Shown piece by piece: positions 12,730-25,261 of a stretch of 64,000 nt of DNA. Made by a program: the position numbers and the translations under genes. This DNA comes from Monocercomonoides exilis PA203 (taxonomy: Eukaryota > Protista > Preaxostyla), in assembly GCA_001643675.2 (NCBI GenBank), contig LSRY02000009.1:620001-684000 (forward strand), given 5' to 3'. Positions within the stretch are counted from its first letter, which is position 1. Each line of letters begins with the position of its first letter. The notes under the pieces are model-generated. The model did no database searches. It saw only the letters and a list, made by a program, of their open reading frames with translations, and had not been told where the DNA came from.

Positions 12730-14140
12730 AACACAGCCAGTTTCCCCATGTGAACATCACAATTGAGCAGGTGGGAATCGAAGAGACGTTGATTCCATCC
12801 AATGCCCGCTCAACACACTTATTGACTTTCATTTGCTGAGATTCTGTCAGGAGTTTATTCAACTGAGACAATCTTCGTTTGTTTGGATGACATACTCACA
12901 ATCGTTCTTGGGGATCGAGAGTGCAAACAGCAAGAGAGAAAGGAAGGCGCAGAAAAGGTTCATCAAGTGTATGCAAAAGCAGATTGAGATTTCAGAGATA
13001 GCGTCAGACATTTGCAATATGAAGAATTATGGAGATGACATCCTGCCGATATTAACGTACTCTGCGTTTGGCTCAGATTAACAAGGCGTTTTTGAAGGGG
13101 TTGAAGGAGAAGAGTGTGTTTTGCCAAAGAAAAAAAATTGAAGATGAAAGAAAATGAAGAAGAAAAGATGAAAATTTGATTGAGAAAACAATTGAAGAAA
13201 ATATAAAAGAAGGAGAAAAAGAAGAGGAAGAGTGTTATCAGCAACATTAGAAGCAGGCAGATGCATATTCAGATTGAGTAAGAAGAGCAAAGCGCTGATG
13301 GGGCCCCTTGGCTGTCGTTGTCGATGATCGAGAGTTGTTTGAAGGTTCATTTTGCAAAGCGAAGCAGAACACTATGAGCAGCAATTGCAAAACTTCCATT
13401 GTTGTCAATTGCCGAAGATGCAATCTGAAACTGAATGGGAAAATGTTTTCACAATATGTGTCTCGAGTGTCTCTGAGAAGAAGCCAGATTCGTCATAAAT
13501 TGGTGAAGTTAATGAGTTTTATGTGATCACTTTTCAAATTGTTTCATCTTTGTTGGATTCGAAAACTTTTGCAAATATTTCTTCTTTTTCAGAAATAAAG
13601 AATTGGATTGTTCTGCGCTTGCTTCCATCTCTTTTGCTGAATAAATAATAAAAAGAAAAAAGCTTGAATAACTTGCCATCAGAGGCAGATTAGAAGATTG
13701 ATTCAAACAAAGTTGCTCATTCAGATAATTGCTGAAAAGAAAATTATATCAGAACATAATTCATTTCAGCAGAAATCTCCACAATCCAACATTGTTGCAG
13801 AAGAAGAATCAGATCATGCAAAGCAGATCTGTTCACCTTCAATACTTGTTCTTTCAAGTCCAAATTCTGAAGCACAATTGCAGCTTCAGGCTGATCAACA
13901 CTTTTAACCAGTTAATAATGCGGAATTATGATATTTGCAGTTGGCATTGTTTCATTTTTTTAAATCTCAGTGTGCTCAAATATTTCAAGAATCGAACTTC
14001 AATGAAGGGAAGTCTGACCGATTTGATATGCGGAAGAATTTTTTTGAGAGTATCGATGAAACAAACAACAAAGATATATAAATCTCTCGACAAAAGAGCC
14101 TGTTTTCCTCGATCTTTCATTCCTTTGGAATTTTAACCAT
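12730..14140. pseudogene. Degenerate, unidentified host-gene fragments inside the giant element
   Basis: Short protein-like frames (e.g. 12833-13081 +, 13698-13907 +) interrupted by stops. No confident family. Confidence 0.3.
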
Positions 14141-14970
14141 TTTTTAACTAAAAAGAAAAAAAAGAAATATAGCTTTAAAGCAAAACTGCTCTTTCTCAAT
14201 TCTTTTATCTCGTCATTTTCGAAATCACTTCATTCGTTTTCGCTTTTTCGAAAAGATAATGGAATACTGAAAATTTCTTCTCATTTGACTTTTATCAAAT
14301 TTATCAAAAAATCAAAATTTTCATTTAAAAAATAGATCCAAAGCAAATAGACATTCCATCACAAAAGATACACCAAAGAAACATTGTCTTCAAAAGTAAT
14401 TCTTTGTTTAATCAAGAAAAGCTAATCAGAAGGCATTCAACAGAAAACGGAGATCAAATCGGATTATTCATTTATAAATTGAAAGAGGCTTTGAAAAAAA
14501 AAGAACGTTGAAGTTATTTTTGTTAAAAACGGATGGGTTCCAAAATAGTCTTCTGCATGCTTCACTGCTTCGAAACCACTGCAAATTGAAAAGATGAAAC
14601 GATAAGGGAAAGCGCTTTTGAAGAAAAAGCTTATTTGAAGAGAAATTATATGATCTTTTGGAGCAGATCGGATTCATGCATGTTGAAATCGGAAAGTTGA
14701 AGAATTAAATGTTTTTAAAGAACTTTCTGATATAATCGAAGAAATGAAAATGGAAAATTGCTTTCAACAATGAGCTTTATTTTCATTGGATGCAGAAACC
14801 AAAAGAAATGAGGAAATTAAGAAAAAATGTTTTTATGTGATATGAGTTTATGATATATGAAAAAATAAGTGTTGATATATGCTTCAGTTGAAGAAGTGAT
14901 GAAGTCTCATGTATTTTTCTATGACATGGAAAATGGTGAAAATATGAAAATGGAAGGAATAATATAGAAA

Positions 14971-16865
14971 TCAGAAAAAGTTATTATTTCCTGTTGTTTT
15001 TGTATCAACTGCGCTGAAGGTGAGTGTTTGAATGGGAACAAATATTGAGGTGAGGAGGGTGAGAGATGCGTCTTGGGGATCTGTCATGCGAACAAGAGCG
15101 AATTCAATTGTTTTGCATGGAGTCTGTTGGGGTCTGCCACAGGCATCTGTATTGGTTCCGTTGTTAGAAACGATTTTGAATGTTGTAATGAGAGGAAGCC
15201 ATTTGTTGAACTCAACATCATCAGCAGTTCCTGCATTCCAGACTCTTTTTGATTCTGTTGTTGAACCGCATTGATTGAATGGAGATTGGGTGATGCTGCT
15301 TCCACTGAAGAATACATCGTTTCCTCTTCCATTTGTGGCTGTGTTTCCATCGAAGAAGCAGAATGTGATGAAATTTATTCCATTCATCCAATTTGATGTT
15401 CTTGTGCAACACAGCGCAGTACCACCATAGGAAGTTGGATTTTCGACTTTGTTGTTGATGAACTGGCACTCTTGGAGCAAGCACTGTTTTGGTTTTTGTG
15501 GTGGAAGCCAATTGAATGTGACTGCTCCAGCTGCATCACCGCCAGTATTTGCAACACATACACAATTTTTGAACAAAAAATTTGCATCTGGTGGCATGTC
15601 GTCAAGGGCAAAAAACCAACCAGTTCCACACCAACTTGTAATTGAACAACTTTCCACTCTGTTTTCTGAGAATGTCCAAGCAGAATTTGTTTGCGGATAC
15701 CTGATGCAATTCGCTCCTCCATTAGCCGCAGAACAACTGGTGAAATTGGATTTTGCGATATCAACTTTTAACAAATAATCACAATATAACGCTCCACCAT
15801 GATCACTGGTTGAACATTTGCTAAATGAGCAAGATGAAATTGCGAGATTGGCATTTGTATAAGAAACATAAAGTGTACCTCCAGCAGATCCATTTCCAGA
15901 ATTTTCCCATATGCACCACTCAAAGCGATGGCTATTTAGATCAAAAGAATCGAGTCTTCCAAGTTTCACTCTTTGAGATTCATTTCCAATGTGAACTTCA
16001 TCAGCATTTGATAAAGAGCGTGTTTGGTGGAGGAAAGAGGTGTTGAAGGCAGAGAGAGAGGTGGATGGGCTGTTGAGGGAAGGGAGGATGGCACCATCGA
16101 TGGGGTTGTGAGTGTGGAGGAAGATGGCTGAGTGGATAGAGAGGGAGGAATGAAGGGAAAAAGAGGGGATTGTATTGGTGTTGGTGTTGGACGTTGAGAT
16201 GAAAGGATTGAGTGAGTTTGAAGGAAGAGATGGAGAAGATTGAAGGGATTGAGGAGAGGAGATGTCGGAGAAGAGGGTGTTTGAGAGATGGAGATTGAGG
16301 TGGATTTGGATGTGGGGATGGGATTGGCGATGGATATGGAGAGGGGAAGAGGAAGAGGAAGAGGAAATCGAAGGGGAAGGGGAAGGAGAAGAAAAAGAAG
16401 AGAATGAGGATGAGGATGAGAAAGACGAAGGAGAAGGTGAAAGGGGATGGAAAGGGGGAAGGGGAAGAGAGGGAAGAAGGAGTAAAAAGGAAGGGCTGGA
16501 TGAGGGAGATGAACGAGGAGAATGAGGAGTGGGGGATGGAGAAGGAGGAAGGGATTGGGGAGTGAGCATCTGAGAGGAGATTGTTTGGGGTGGAGAAGAG
16601 GGGGAAGGAGAGGATGGCAGGTTGGGGGGTGGTGAGGGAGAAGTTGGAGAGAGCGAGGGAAGCATGGGCAGAGAGGAAAAGTGGAGATTTTGTTGCTGGG
16701 TTGATTTGGTAAGTGGAGGAGCAGATAGAGGCAGCGGAGTGGTGTTGGGCAGTGAGGAGTGGACAACCGCTGAGAGGGATGATGTTGAGATGGGTCACGC
16801 ACAAGGAGGTGTTGATGAGGGAGAGGCTTGTCTGAGCACCACAGATGGGACTGCCTGAAAAACAT
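14971..16865 (-). pseudogene. 5'-frameshifted, 3'-truncated pectin-lyase-fold/adhesin-like surface protein (element cargo)
   Basis: Repeated GG(A/T)-x-FxxC beta-helix motifs (AGGTLYV, FSKCSTSDHGGALY, NGGANCI, YGGTALC), FFDGNTATNGRGNDVF and CGRPQQTPCKTI. Ser/Pro-rich N-terminus with a frameshift near 16800. Confidence 0.72.
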
Positions 16866-17249
16866 TATGTTTTTTTTATATTCTTTGTTTTGTTTTTTCT
16901 TTGAAATGATGAATTTTTAATGAGCGATAATGAAAAAAGAAAGAGATTAAATTTTTCTAAAAAAAAGGAGAATTTTATGTTTCAAATATTATTTTTTTAA
17001 AAAAAATTTGAAAGTCTGAAAACAGTTTTAAAATTACTTTATGTAAAGTTATCAAACTTTATTCAGCCCGCCTCCGAAATAGTTTTCCCATAAAGTACAT
17101 AAACAACAGATTCCAGCAGCGACAACTCTTTTGAAGACAGAAGTTCTGTGTCTAAAAAAAGCCAAAAAAAAAAAAAAAATAAACAAATAATATAAAAACA
17201 AAAAGCTTTGATATTAATATTTGATGTTCAGGAAAAAAAAACGCATTTC

Positions 17250-18760
17250 TTATTTTTCTGAGCAGTGAAGTTGCTCAGAAGCAATATTAGTTGCATAAGT
17301 AAGAGGATGTGAGAAAATATCCTTTCTGCCTTCTTTTTCGTTCTTTTCCGTTTTGCAAAGATTTTCTTCTCCGCCATCTCTTTTCATTGTTGAACTGCCC
17401 AATAGAACCGATTCTTCATTTTTAGTCTCCGTTTCTGATTGGCGATGGTGGTGTATTTTACGAGGCATAAGCGTTCCATTTATTCTTCTGTGGTTCCGAG
17501 CCGAGCGTTTGCGAAGAAGTTTGAGTGTCTCTTGAAGGGAATGCATTTCATTCTCTTCAGAATCAACAAGTTTCGCCTGCGGAGCCGAGCTGCTGCTCAT
17601 TTCTTTACTTCCAAAACTTTCAATAGTTTTGACTTTTGAATTCTCACTTTCTATTAGTGTCTTGCTGTCATCTTCTTTGTCCTTCATTTGCTGCAGCTGC
17701 AGTTGTTGCATTTGACTTGCTTCGTATTCGTGTGAGGAATGCCGAGTGTTGTGATATTTCATTCGAAAACTTTTCTTTGCTTCGTTCTTTCCCTTCTGAG
17801 TTCGTTTCCCTTCTTCCTCATCGAAATAGCTTTCGAATTCTCCGCTTTCAACTGCAGGATGATTGATTGCTTTTCCATAAGATTTCTTCGCAGTTTTCCT
17901 ATTGGCGATTTTGTGTTGTCCAAACACTGGCAGCAATCTTTCTCTTTCATCAACCAGCATAACACGACTGCTTTTGGCTTTCTGCGTCTGCGCTGGCTTA
18001 TCCGATGCCCCTCTCCTCTTCGCCATTTGCGCCGCTGTGCTGCTTCCAGAAGGCTGCGGCTCGTACTTCGCATTCATTTGCTCAATCTTCTTCTTCATTT
18101 CTTCCAGTTGTTGGGCGTGCTTTCTCGTTGCGGCATTCACTTTTTTCCTTCGGCGAGAATATTTCCCTTCATAAAATTCTTCATCATCATCGCTTGTTTC
18201 ATCAGAACTTGGATGGCGTTTATCATCGTATGCTTCTTCTTCATCTTCTTCTTCTTCACCTTTGTTGATTGAATCCTCGTCGTATTCATCTTCTTCATTG
18301 CCACTTTCTGATATAACGGCATCTGAGTCGTTCTTGTCATCAGTTGACTCTGTTGATGGCTCCAGAAGAGCTGCTAACTCTTCTTCGTCCAAATCTTCGT
18401 ATTTTTCCTTTTTCTTCTTCAAAGAAGACTTCGAATTTTTCTTCAGTTTCTGTCCTGAAATGTTCTTCGATTGCTTATTTGGTTAGCTTTTTTTCTTCTT
18501 TGATTCTTTATTTTCTGGAGACATGACACGCTCCAAATTTGCACTGCTATCTTTTAAATTAGAACTATGATCTTTTGGAGAATTATCTGATTGCTCTTCA
18601 CCAACTTCCCTTTCGTGAGCATCTTCTTCAGATTGGCAAAATACACACTTCCATCCCATTCTAGGTAAGAATTGTAATCCAACACATAGCTTGTGAAACA
18701 CTTCAAACTATTTTAACCTAACTTTTTGAAAATTAATAATATACCTCTGTTGCATCTAAT
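17250..18760 (-). pseudogene. 5'-truncated PHD-finger gene with an acidic/low-complexity tail (element cargo)
   Basis: After removing a short intron it reads RCNRVFHKLCVGLQFLPRMGWKCVFC, the second half of a PHD finger. ORFs 18483-18701 and 17250-18422 are in the same frame, separated by one TAA. Confidence 0.65.
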
Positions 18761-18974
18761 TTTCGCTTGAGTAAAATACAAAAAAGAATTTGCTTTTCAT
18801 TTTACATAATTATTTATTCATTGATCAAATATTTTTCTGAAAAAGTTTTGAAAGTGTTTCTTTTTGATAATTATTGAGAAAAAAGTCATTTTTTCTTATA
18901 TTAACTATGAGTTTTATCATATTTGCTCGAATTTTCGCCAACTTTTAACATCCGAAAAATTTCAATGCAGATTA

Positions 18975-18996
18975 ATGATTTCGAAAATAATGTCCC
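18975..18996 (-). repeat. Right TIR of the giant element
   Basis: ATGATTTCGAAAATAATGTCCC followed by the ATAT TSD. Confidence 0.95.
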
Positions 18997-20058
18997 ATAT
19001 ACATAAGCAACCCATGACTATATCACTGTGATTCTCTTTAACTGCCCGAAGTACCTGAACAGTGATTCGGATAATCTCTACAAATTCCTTGTCCCATAAT
19101 ACGCACGAGTCAAAAAGAAGAAAAAACACAATGAGCCATCTCCTGATAATATGCACTTCTTTCATTTCTCTTCCTCTTTTCTCTTCTTTTCTCTCCAAAT
19201 TCACGCATTTTGTCAGCTTTTCCAGTTCTCTTGCAGCCTCTCTCGCAAATAGCAGCTCATCCAAAATAACCTCTTTCAAACTTTTATCTGATAATCTTTC
19301 TATCAAAAAATGCCAAGCTGATTGATAGGCAAGTCTTGTCAAATTGTGATGTTCCTGATGATATTTTATGATTTCTTTGATTCTATTTAAATACAGCTTT
19401 TTCTTAATGTTCTAACAAAAAAAGACAAAAAAAAAAATCAAAAATGATATTGAAATGTTCATACGTAATACCCACTATTGCTCAAAGCCAGCAACGCCAT
19501 TTCAACTTCATGCTTAACTTTATCGCTTTCTTCTTTGTTCGTTGCAACTTTCAGAAGGCAAGGCACACAAACAGAAAGTAATTCTTTTAAAAGATCTTCG
19601 TTATGCAGCATGAGATAGTCTTCGCAAAGATCAACAAGAAGCTTTTCATCCTTTCCTTCATTTTTCTCATTTTCATTAATAATTATCTCTTCAATTCTTC
19701 CGTTCAATGAAGATTTCTCAAAGCTTTGAATGAAAATTCTCTTCAGCCTGGTGCAATATCCAATGTGTTTCAACAACAGAATGACACTTCCAAAATTCAA
19801 TTTCTTTTCATCTATCATTTTAAGAATTTTGTCGACAGTTCTTCTGTTAAAATGGATAAAAAGTCGCTTCTGTCCATTCCATCAATTATTTTATTCATTT
19901 CAATGAATTTCTGTTTCTGCTCTTCCTCATCGCAATCTTCCAGTTCGCAAAACAATTCTTCAAAAACAATGAAATTGGAAAAAATGCAATGAACAAGAAT
20001 TCACTTGCAATAACAATTGCAAGCTATTGAACATTTTTGTGTTGTCTGTCTCCTGCAT
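18997..20058 (-). pseudogene. N-terminal half (3 exons) of the family gene split by the giant transposon
   Basis: MQETDN.., intron, LFCELEDCDEEEQKQKFIEMN..EVEMALLALSN, intron, KYHQEHHNLTRLAYQSAW..ENHSDIVMGCLC, then the TIR. Confidence 0.92.
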
Positions 20059-20229
20059 CATTTTCTTTTTTTAAAAAAATTTGTTCAAGAAAGCAATAAT
20101 ATTTCAGCCATTCACATTAGACCTATTTTAGTTAGAATCAATAAATTCAAATATGTTAACTCAATTTCAATTACCTTCAACTTATCCAAATTTGCTTAAT
20201 CTAATTCGAATTCCCTTAAACTTTTTTTT

Positions 20230-23096
20230 GGTTAAAAGGGCATTTTTATGATCAACACAAAATGATCGCAAGTTTTTGTTTTTGTGCATTTTTCACTCAC
20301 TTTGAATGAAAACTGAACAAAAGATTATGGCTCATCATTAAAAAGAAATGTGTGTGATCAATTTTTAAAAATTTTTGAGTTTTTTCTATCAATTTTACTT
20401 TAATGTGACTTTTTTTATTATTGATGTATTCTCTTTCACATACACTAGCTTTGCATATTGCAACATGTTTTGGATGTTCCATTTTAGCTTTTAAAAAGAT
20501 TCAAATTGTATTTTCTTAAATTTTATCACATTTTGCAATATTTTCATTTCAACTTCAATTTTTATTGGCTATGAAATAACAAAGAATGAAAATGAAGTTT
20601 TTGTATAAAAAATTTTTTCTGAAAAATAAAACAAAATAAAAAATCTTATAATTCTAAAAATTCTTTTTCCTTTTTTTAAAAAAAAAAAAAGAAATGAGAG
20701 AGAAATTTGGAGAATGTTTATTTAAATAAATGATAAAGATGATAAAAGCCTTCATGTGGATATTTGAATACAGTGATTGTTATTTTGTTTGACTATGATT
20801 TTCATTGGATGAGAAAGAAGAAGATCGTGCCCGAGATAAGTTTGAATCTGAAGATGCAGAAGAATCTGATTGTTGAGAAAATAAATGATGAGTTGAAATC
20901 AATTGCAAAGACGAAATTGGAGTATTTAACTGTGGTTGAGGAGAAATTGCCGTTTCATTCAGTGAAGCCTGAGAAGAATATTGTGTATTTATTAGGGGCA
21001 AAGGGGAATTCAATAAAAACTGATTAGATGAAGTCGACTTCCGCAAACGAGTTGATTCCCATTGATCTGGAAGAAACCAAGAAAAAGGGCAACTTCTTGT
21101 ATCATCATCGTTTATTCTTTCTATTTCTTTCAATTTATCTTCATTTCTTTCAGAATTATTGAAATTGACAGTTTTTCTTTTTTCTTTTTCTTTTTCTTTT
21201 TCTTTTTCTTCAGAAGTTGAATCATCATCTATTTCTATTTCTTCTCTTTCTTCTAATTCCAATAATGAATGTTTTTGTTTTTTCTCTTGATCTGGATGCT
21301 TGGAAAATCGTTTGCAGTATGGGTCATTTGATTCTGTTGATTCTTCTAAAAATGATAAATAATGGAAATATGAAAGTGAAAAAATGTTCTTTTCATGCTC
21401 AAAAGAACAATATGGGTGTAAAAACAAAAACAAACCAATTCTTTGGATTGACTTTGAATATTCAAAAGTTGAATTCTCATTTGCAAGATTAAGTTTTTTT
21501 CTTTGTCTTTCTATATACTGCTCGTTCGCTTTCTTTTTCGCTTCCTTTTTTTGATAAAATTGAGTGTGAAGTTCGTTAATAATCAACTCGTTTGCATCGC
21601 AATCTGATTTCGTTAAAGGATTGTGTAAAATGTGAAAATTGGTTAAACAAACTGAAACAATAAAAAAATCTTCAACTGTTTTAATATCCATAGGCCAATT
21701 TCTTCTGAACACAGTAAATAAAGTCTTTAATCGTCCAGAAAACCTTTCTACAATAACCCTGTGCTTCGATAGATATGGTGTTCCTTGGGGTTTTGTAATA
21801 ATAGCTCCCAATTCTGCTTTTGCTCCCATATAGGCCGAGTCTGCCATGATTTTGGAACCTTTGAGATGTTGAGAGAAGGTTGGATAGTGATTTTTGAATA
21901 TTTCATAGTCATGAACGCTTCCTGGGTAAAAATCACTGATTGTGCTGGCTAATCCGTTCTTTGGGTTGACCCCAATTTCAACTTTAACACAGTAAGAATG
22001 ATGTTTTCCACTAAAAAATTTCATTCCATCTGCCAATTTTCCACTTGGCCTGTTAATAGGCACAATTGTGCAATCCAAAATTAGACCAACCTCTTGCAAC
22101 TCTTTGATTCTATCTTTACGAAAAATCAAAAGTAAATTAACAAGTGTATCTTTAAAGTTTCCAACGATGCTGTGTAATAACTGCGTAACTGAGCTATGTG
22201 ATTTGTAAAATGGATAAGTCAAAAGTTCTGTCATTGATGTTGAGCCCAAATGAAGGAAATTGAGTAAAATAAAAAGTTGTTCGTCAATATTTTGAATTGC
22301 CTTTTGCTTTCCACGATGTTGAGGTAACTCGTAATCAAGAAGAAGAAGCAACATATCAAATTCTGTTCTTGTGAAACCTGTCAAGCTGAAAAATCCGTGA
22401 ATGGGATCTTCGCTTTTTTGACAAGCTTTTTCTATTAAGGAATTTTTTTTCTCTTCCGGAGTTATTGGCGTGTGCGTTGGAAGCGTTATTCTTTTTTCTG
22501 CACGCTCAAGAACCTCCAAAAAATTCAATCGTTCCATGACAAATATTTATTTGCAAAATTTCAATTGATCTTACACCATTTTTTGTTCAATCAAATTTAT
22601 GATCGACAAACCAGCATTTGAAGTTTTGAAATTGATTGAGTCATTTTGAAAAAGAATTTGTTTTATCGCATTTTTATCAAACTTATTTCAATTTTGTTCC
22701 ACTTTTTCTAATTGAAAAAATATATTTAAAATAGGTCTATTGAACGAGCACATGTTTAAATAAATGAAATAGTTGAAAAATAATATCTTTAAAACAGGAA
22801 TAAAAAGATGTGCATCCATACGTCCCCTTTTCTGAAAAATCTTTGACAAGTGACAAAAAAGAAAACAGATGTTCAATAGTTTCAATTTTATTGTAATGGA
22901 AGCCATTGATCAATAGTTTTGAAAAAAATAAAATTTGATGATATGAAAATTTAATTAAACCAAAATTTAAGACATTTAAAAAATCATGCGAAAACAATAT
23001 TTTGTTCAATTTTTTTATAATTTTTGAAAATGCCAATTGATAAAAATGTTGTGGAGATTATAAGTAATTGTTTTCCTCTTAAAAAGCGCTTTAACC
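20230..23096. mobile_element. Putative boundaries of the Harbinger/ISL2EU-type element
   Basis: Imperfect inverted ends GGTTAAAAGGGCATTTTTA (20230) and TAAAAAGCGCTTTAACC (to 23096) bracket the transposase. TSD not resolved. Confidence 0.45.
20780..22537 (-). CDS. PIF/Harbinger-ISL2EU-type DDE transposase (DDE_Tnp_4-like) with an acidic tail
   Basis: FSLTGFT N-terminal HTH region, LDCTIVPINRP, FSGKHHSYCVK, YPGSVHDYEIF, MADSAYMG, RVIVERFSGRLK. A probable in-frame intron lies near 21350-21455. Confidence 0.9.
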   Translation of the reverse strand: MERLNFLEVLERAEKRITLPTHTPITPEEKKNSLIEKACQKSEDPIHGFFSLTGFTRTEFDMLLLLLDYELPQHRGKQKAIQNIDEQLFILLNFLHLGSTSMTELLTYPFYKSHSSVTQLLHSIVGNFKDTLVNLLLIFRKDRIKELQEVGLILDCTIVPINRPSGKLADGMKFFSGKHHSYCVKVEIGVNPKNGLASTISDFYPGSVHDYEIFKNHYPTFSQHLKGSKIMADSAYMGAKAELGAIITKPQGTPYLSKHRVIVERFSGRLKTLFTVFRRNWPMDIKTVEDFFIVSVCLTNFHILHNPLTKSDCDANELIINELHTQFYQKKEAKKKANEQYIERQRKKLNLANENSTFEYSKSIQRIGLFLFLHPYCSFEHEKNIFSLSYFHYLSFLEESTESNDPYCKRFSKHPDQEKKQKHSLLELEEREEIEIDDDSTSEEKEKEKEKEKRKTVNFNNSERNEDKLKEIERINDDDTRSCPFSWFLPDQWESTRLRKSTSSNQFLLNSPLPLINTQYSSQASLNETAISPQPQLNTPISSLQLISTHHLFSQQSDSSASSDSNLSRARSSSFSSNENHSQTK

Positions 23097-23882
23097 TTCA
23101 TGTTTGGTTGTTATTATGAAATCAATGCATTCTTGGGATGTTCAGAAGTATGGACTTTGTTTCACATGTGTTCATAAAATATTAGCAGTTTATGTCTTTT
23201 CTGAATAAAAAGATGTGAGATGAAATGAATGATCTTCAAAAGAACATAAGTGGGAAAGCCTTCAACTCCTTTATTAACTGCACTTTTCCCCGATAATCAT
23301 CAAAGGATTCTTTTTCACATAAAGGTTTCTGCTTTAACTTATCATATTGGATTCCTCCTGATAAATCTGTTAATATAATCCAACAAATCACGATTATCTT
23401 TTCTTTTCTTTATTTTCCTCTTTTTCATATATTTAAGAAATGAATCTTCTTAAAAATTTTGGACAATCCATTGATTTTGTTTTGAAAAGGAAAACGATTC
23501 TGGATTATTTTATGAAAAAATGAACATCTGTTAATCCTTTTCTCAATGAAAGAAAATTGAATGAGTTGTTCAAATACCTCTCAATGGTTAATAGAAAGAA
23601 TCAGCGAACGTCGATGCTTTATTCGAGTTGACAGATGTGAAAAACAATCTGGAAGCATTTTCCGAACTGTTATCAAGAAGAAACAATCAAATGACTGAAA
23701 TAAAATGGCAAAATATATTTCTTTCGAAGTTCATTTTTCTTCTTGAAATAAAAGCTTTTATAAAACATATCATTGCTGTTTTTTTGTCTTCAATTTGTTT
23801 CTATGCAAAAATAAAAATAAAAATAAAAATAAAAAACTTGGTTGGATTATCTAAAACACTGTCAAACACAAAACGTTTTCAA

Positions 23883-25261
23883 TCATTCCATGCTCCTTTC
23901 ATAATCGAAGATATTGGATGCACAGTGAAATGAATCGGAAAGATCTTCAAATCCTCTTTCCTCAAACAAGTCGATAATCCTTCTCTTTTGCATCTTCTGC
24001 CTTTCCTTCTCGTTTCCATCGTTGATTTTCTCTCTCACTCTGTATGAAAGTGAAACATTGAACTCCAAACAGCAATGTGTTATCTCATTATCCAAAGTTT
24101 GCTGATAAAGTTTCTCCATCACGTAATCAACAGCACCTCCACTTATCAAAATGTCGACATCATCTGTCGAGCAAAATAAAATTCTTTCAAAAAGATCGAT
24201 GAATCTTCTATACGTACCTCTGCTGTTTCCCTCTGCCGTCATGCTCAGTCCCACAAGGCATCTGACCAATTCATCCCATCCTTCCCCACTCAAATCACTG
24301 TAATGAAAGCATGTGCGAAGCGTTCTGCATCATCTCTTGATTATGAGCTTTTCTTTTCTTCCTTTTCTTCCTTTTGCTTTCTTTCCCTTTCTCTTCTTCT
24401 TCTTCTCCCAGCAAACACAACTTTTCAATTCTTTCAATTCCCTCACAGCCTCTCTCGCAAAAAATGCACCAAAGAATTTTCCACTTTTTGTCTCCCAATC
24501 CAAATCTGCATTCCCAACAAAATAATCCCATGCCAATTGGCAGGCAAAGTGAGTTAGATTGCGATGCACAAGATTATGCTTTATGATTTCTGTGATCTCG
24601 TTAAGAAACAGACAATCCTTCTCTTCCTGTTAGAAAAATGAAATGTTCAGTAATTAATAATTAACAAAGAAATTTCATCATACATGGTTTTTGACAATAT
24701 TTCCTAGAGCTATCAATGCCATTTCAACATCTTTATGAGCTTCTTCGCTTTCCTCGTTGTTCAACGCATCTCTCAGAAGGAGAGGAACACATATTGAAAT
24801 CACTTTTGGTGAGAAGTTGCAACTAAGAGAAATATAGCATTTGCATAGATTAGCCAAAAGATTTTCATCTTTTCTTTCTTTTTTCTCATTTTCGTCAATC
24901 ATCATCTTTCTTATTCGTTTACTCAATGATGATTCCAAAAATCCATTTGCCCATTCACTTTTCAACGCTTTCCAATATCCAACATGCTTCAACAGCAAGA
25001 TTGCATTCCCCATTGACAGTTTCTCTTCCTCAATCATTTGGTGAATTTTGTTGAACAATTCTTCTGAAAATACAGACTCAAATTTATCCTTATTCATTTC
25101 TTCCATTTGTTCATTCATTTCTTCGATTTTCTGTTTCTGTTCAATTTCATCGCAATCTTCAAGTCCTTCAAATAATTCTTGAATGAAAAAAAAAATGCAA
25201 TAAAATATGAAGTCAACTGTAACAACGATTGCACGCCAGTGAATTTTTCTGTGAGTTCCAT
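23883..25261 (-). pseudogene. Divergent, frameshifted member of the expanded family
   Basis: MELTEKF.., LLLKHVGYWKALK..DVEMALIALGN, HRNLTHFACQLAWDYF..FAREAVRELKEL, LISGGAVD..FEERGFED. Frameshifts between segments. Confidence 0.85.

Larger units (their letters stand above)
2514..18996. mobile_element. Giant (16,483 bp) cargo-carrying Sola2-like DNA transposon
   Basis: Perfect 22-bp TIRs at 2514-2535 and 18975-18996. ATAT TSD at 2510-2513 and 18997-19000. The empty site restores a reading frame. Contains a DDD transposase gene. The boundaries are seen directly; the Sola2 assignment is inferred. Confidence 0.9.
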
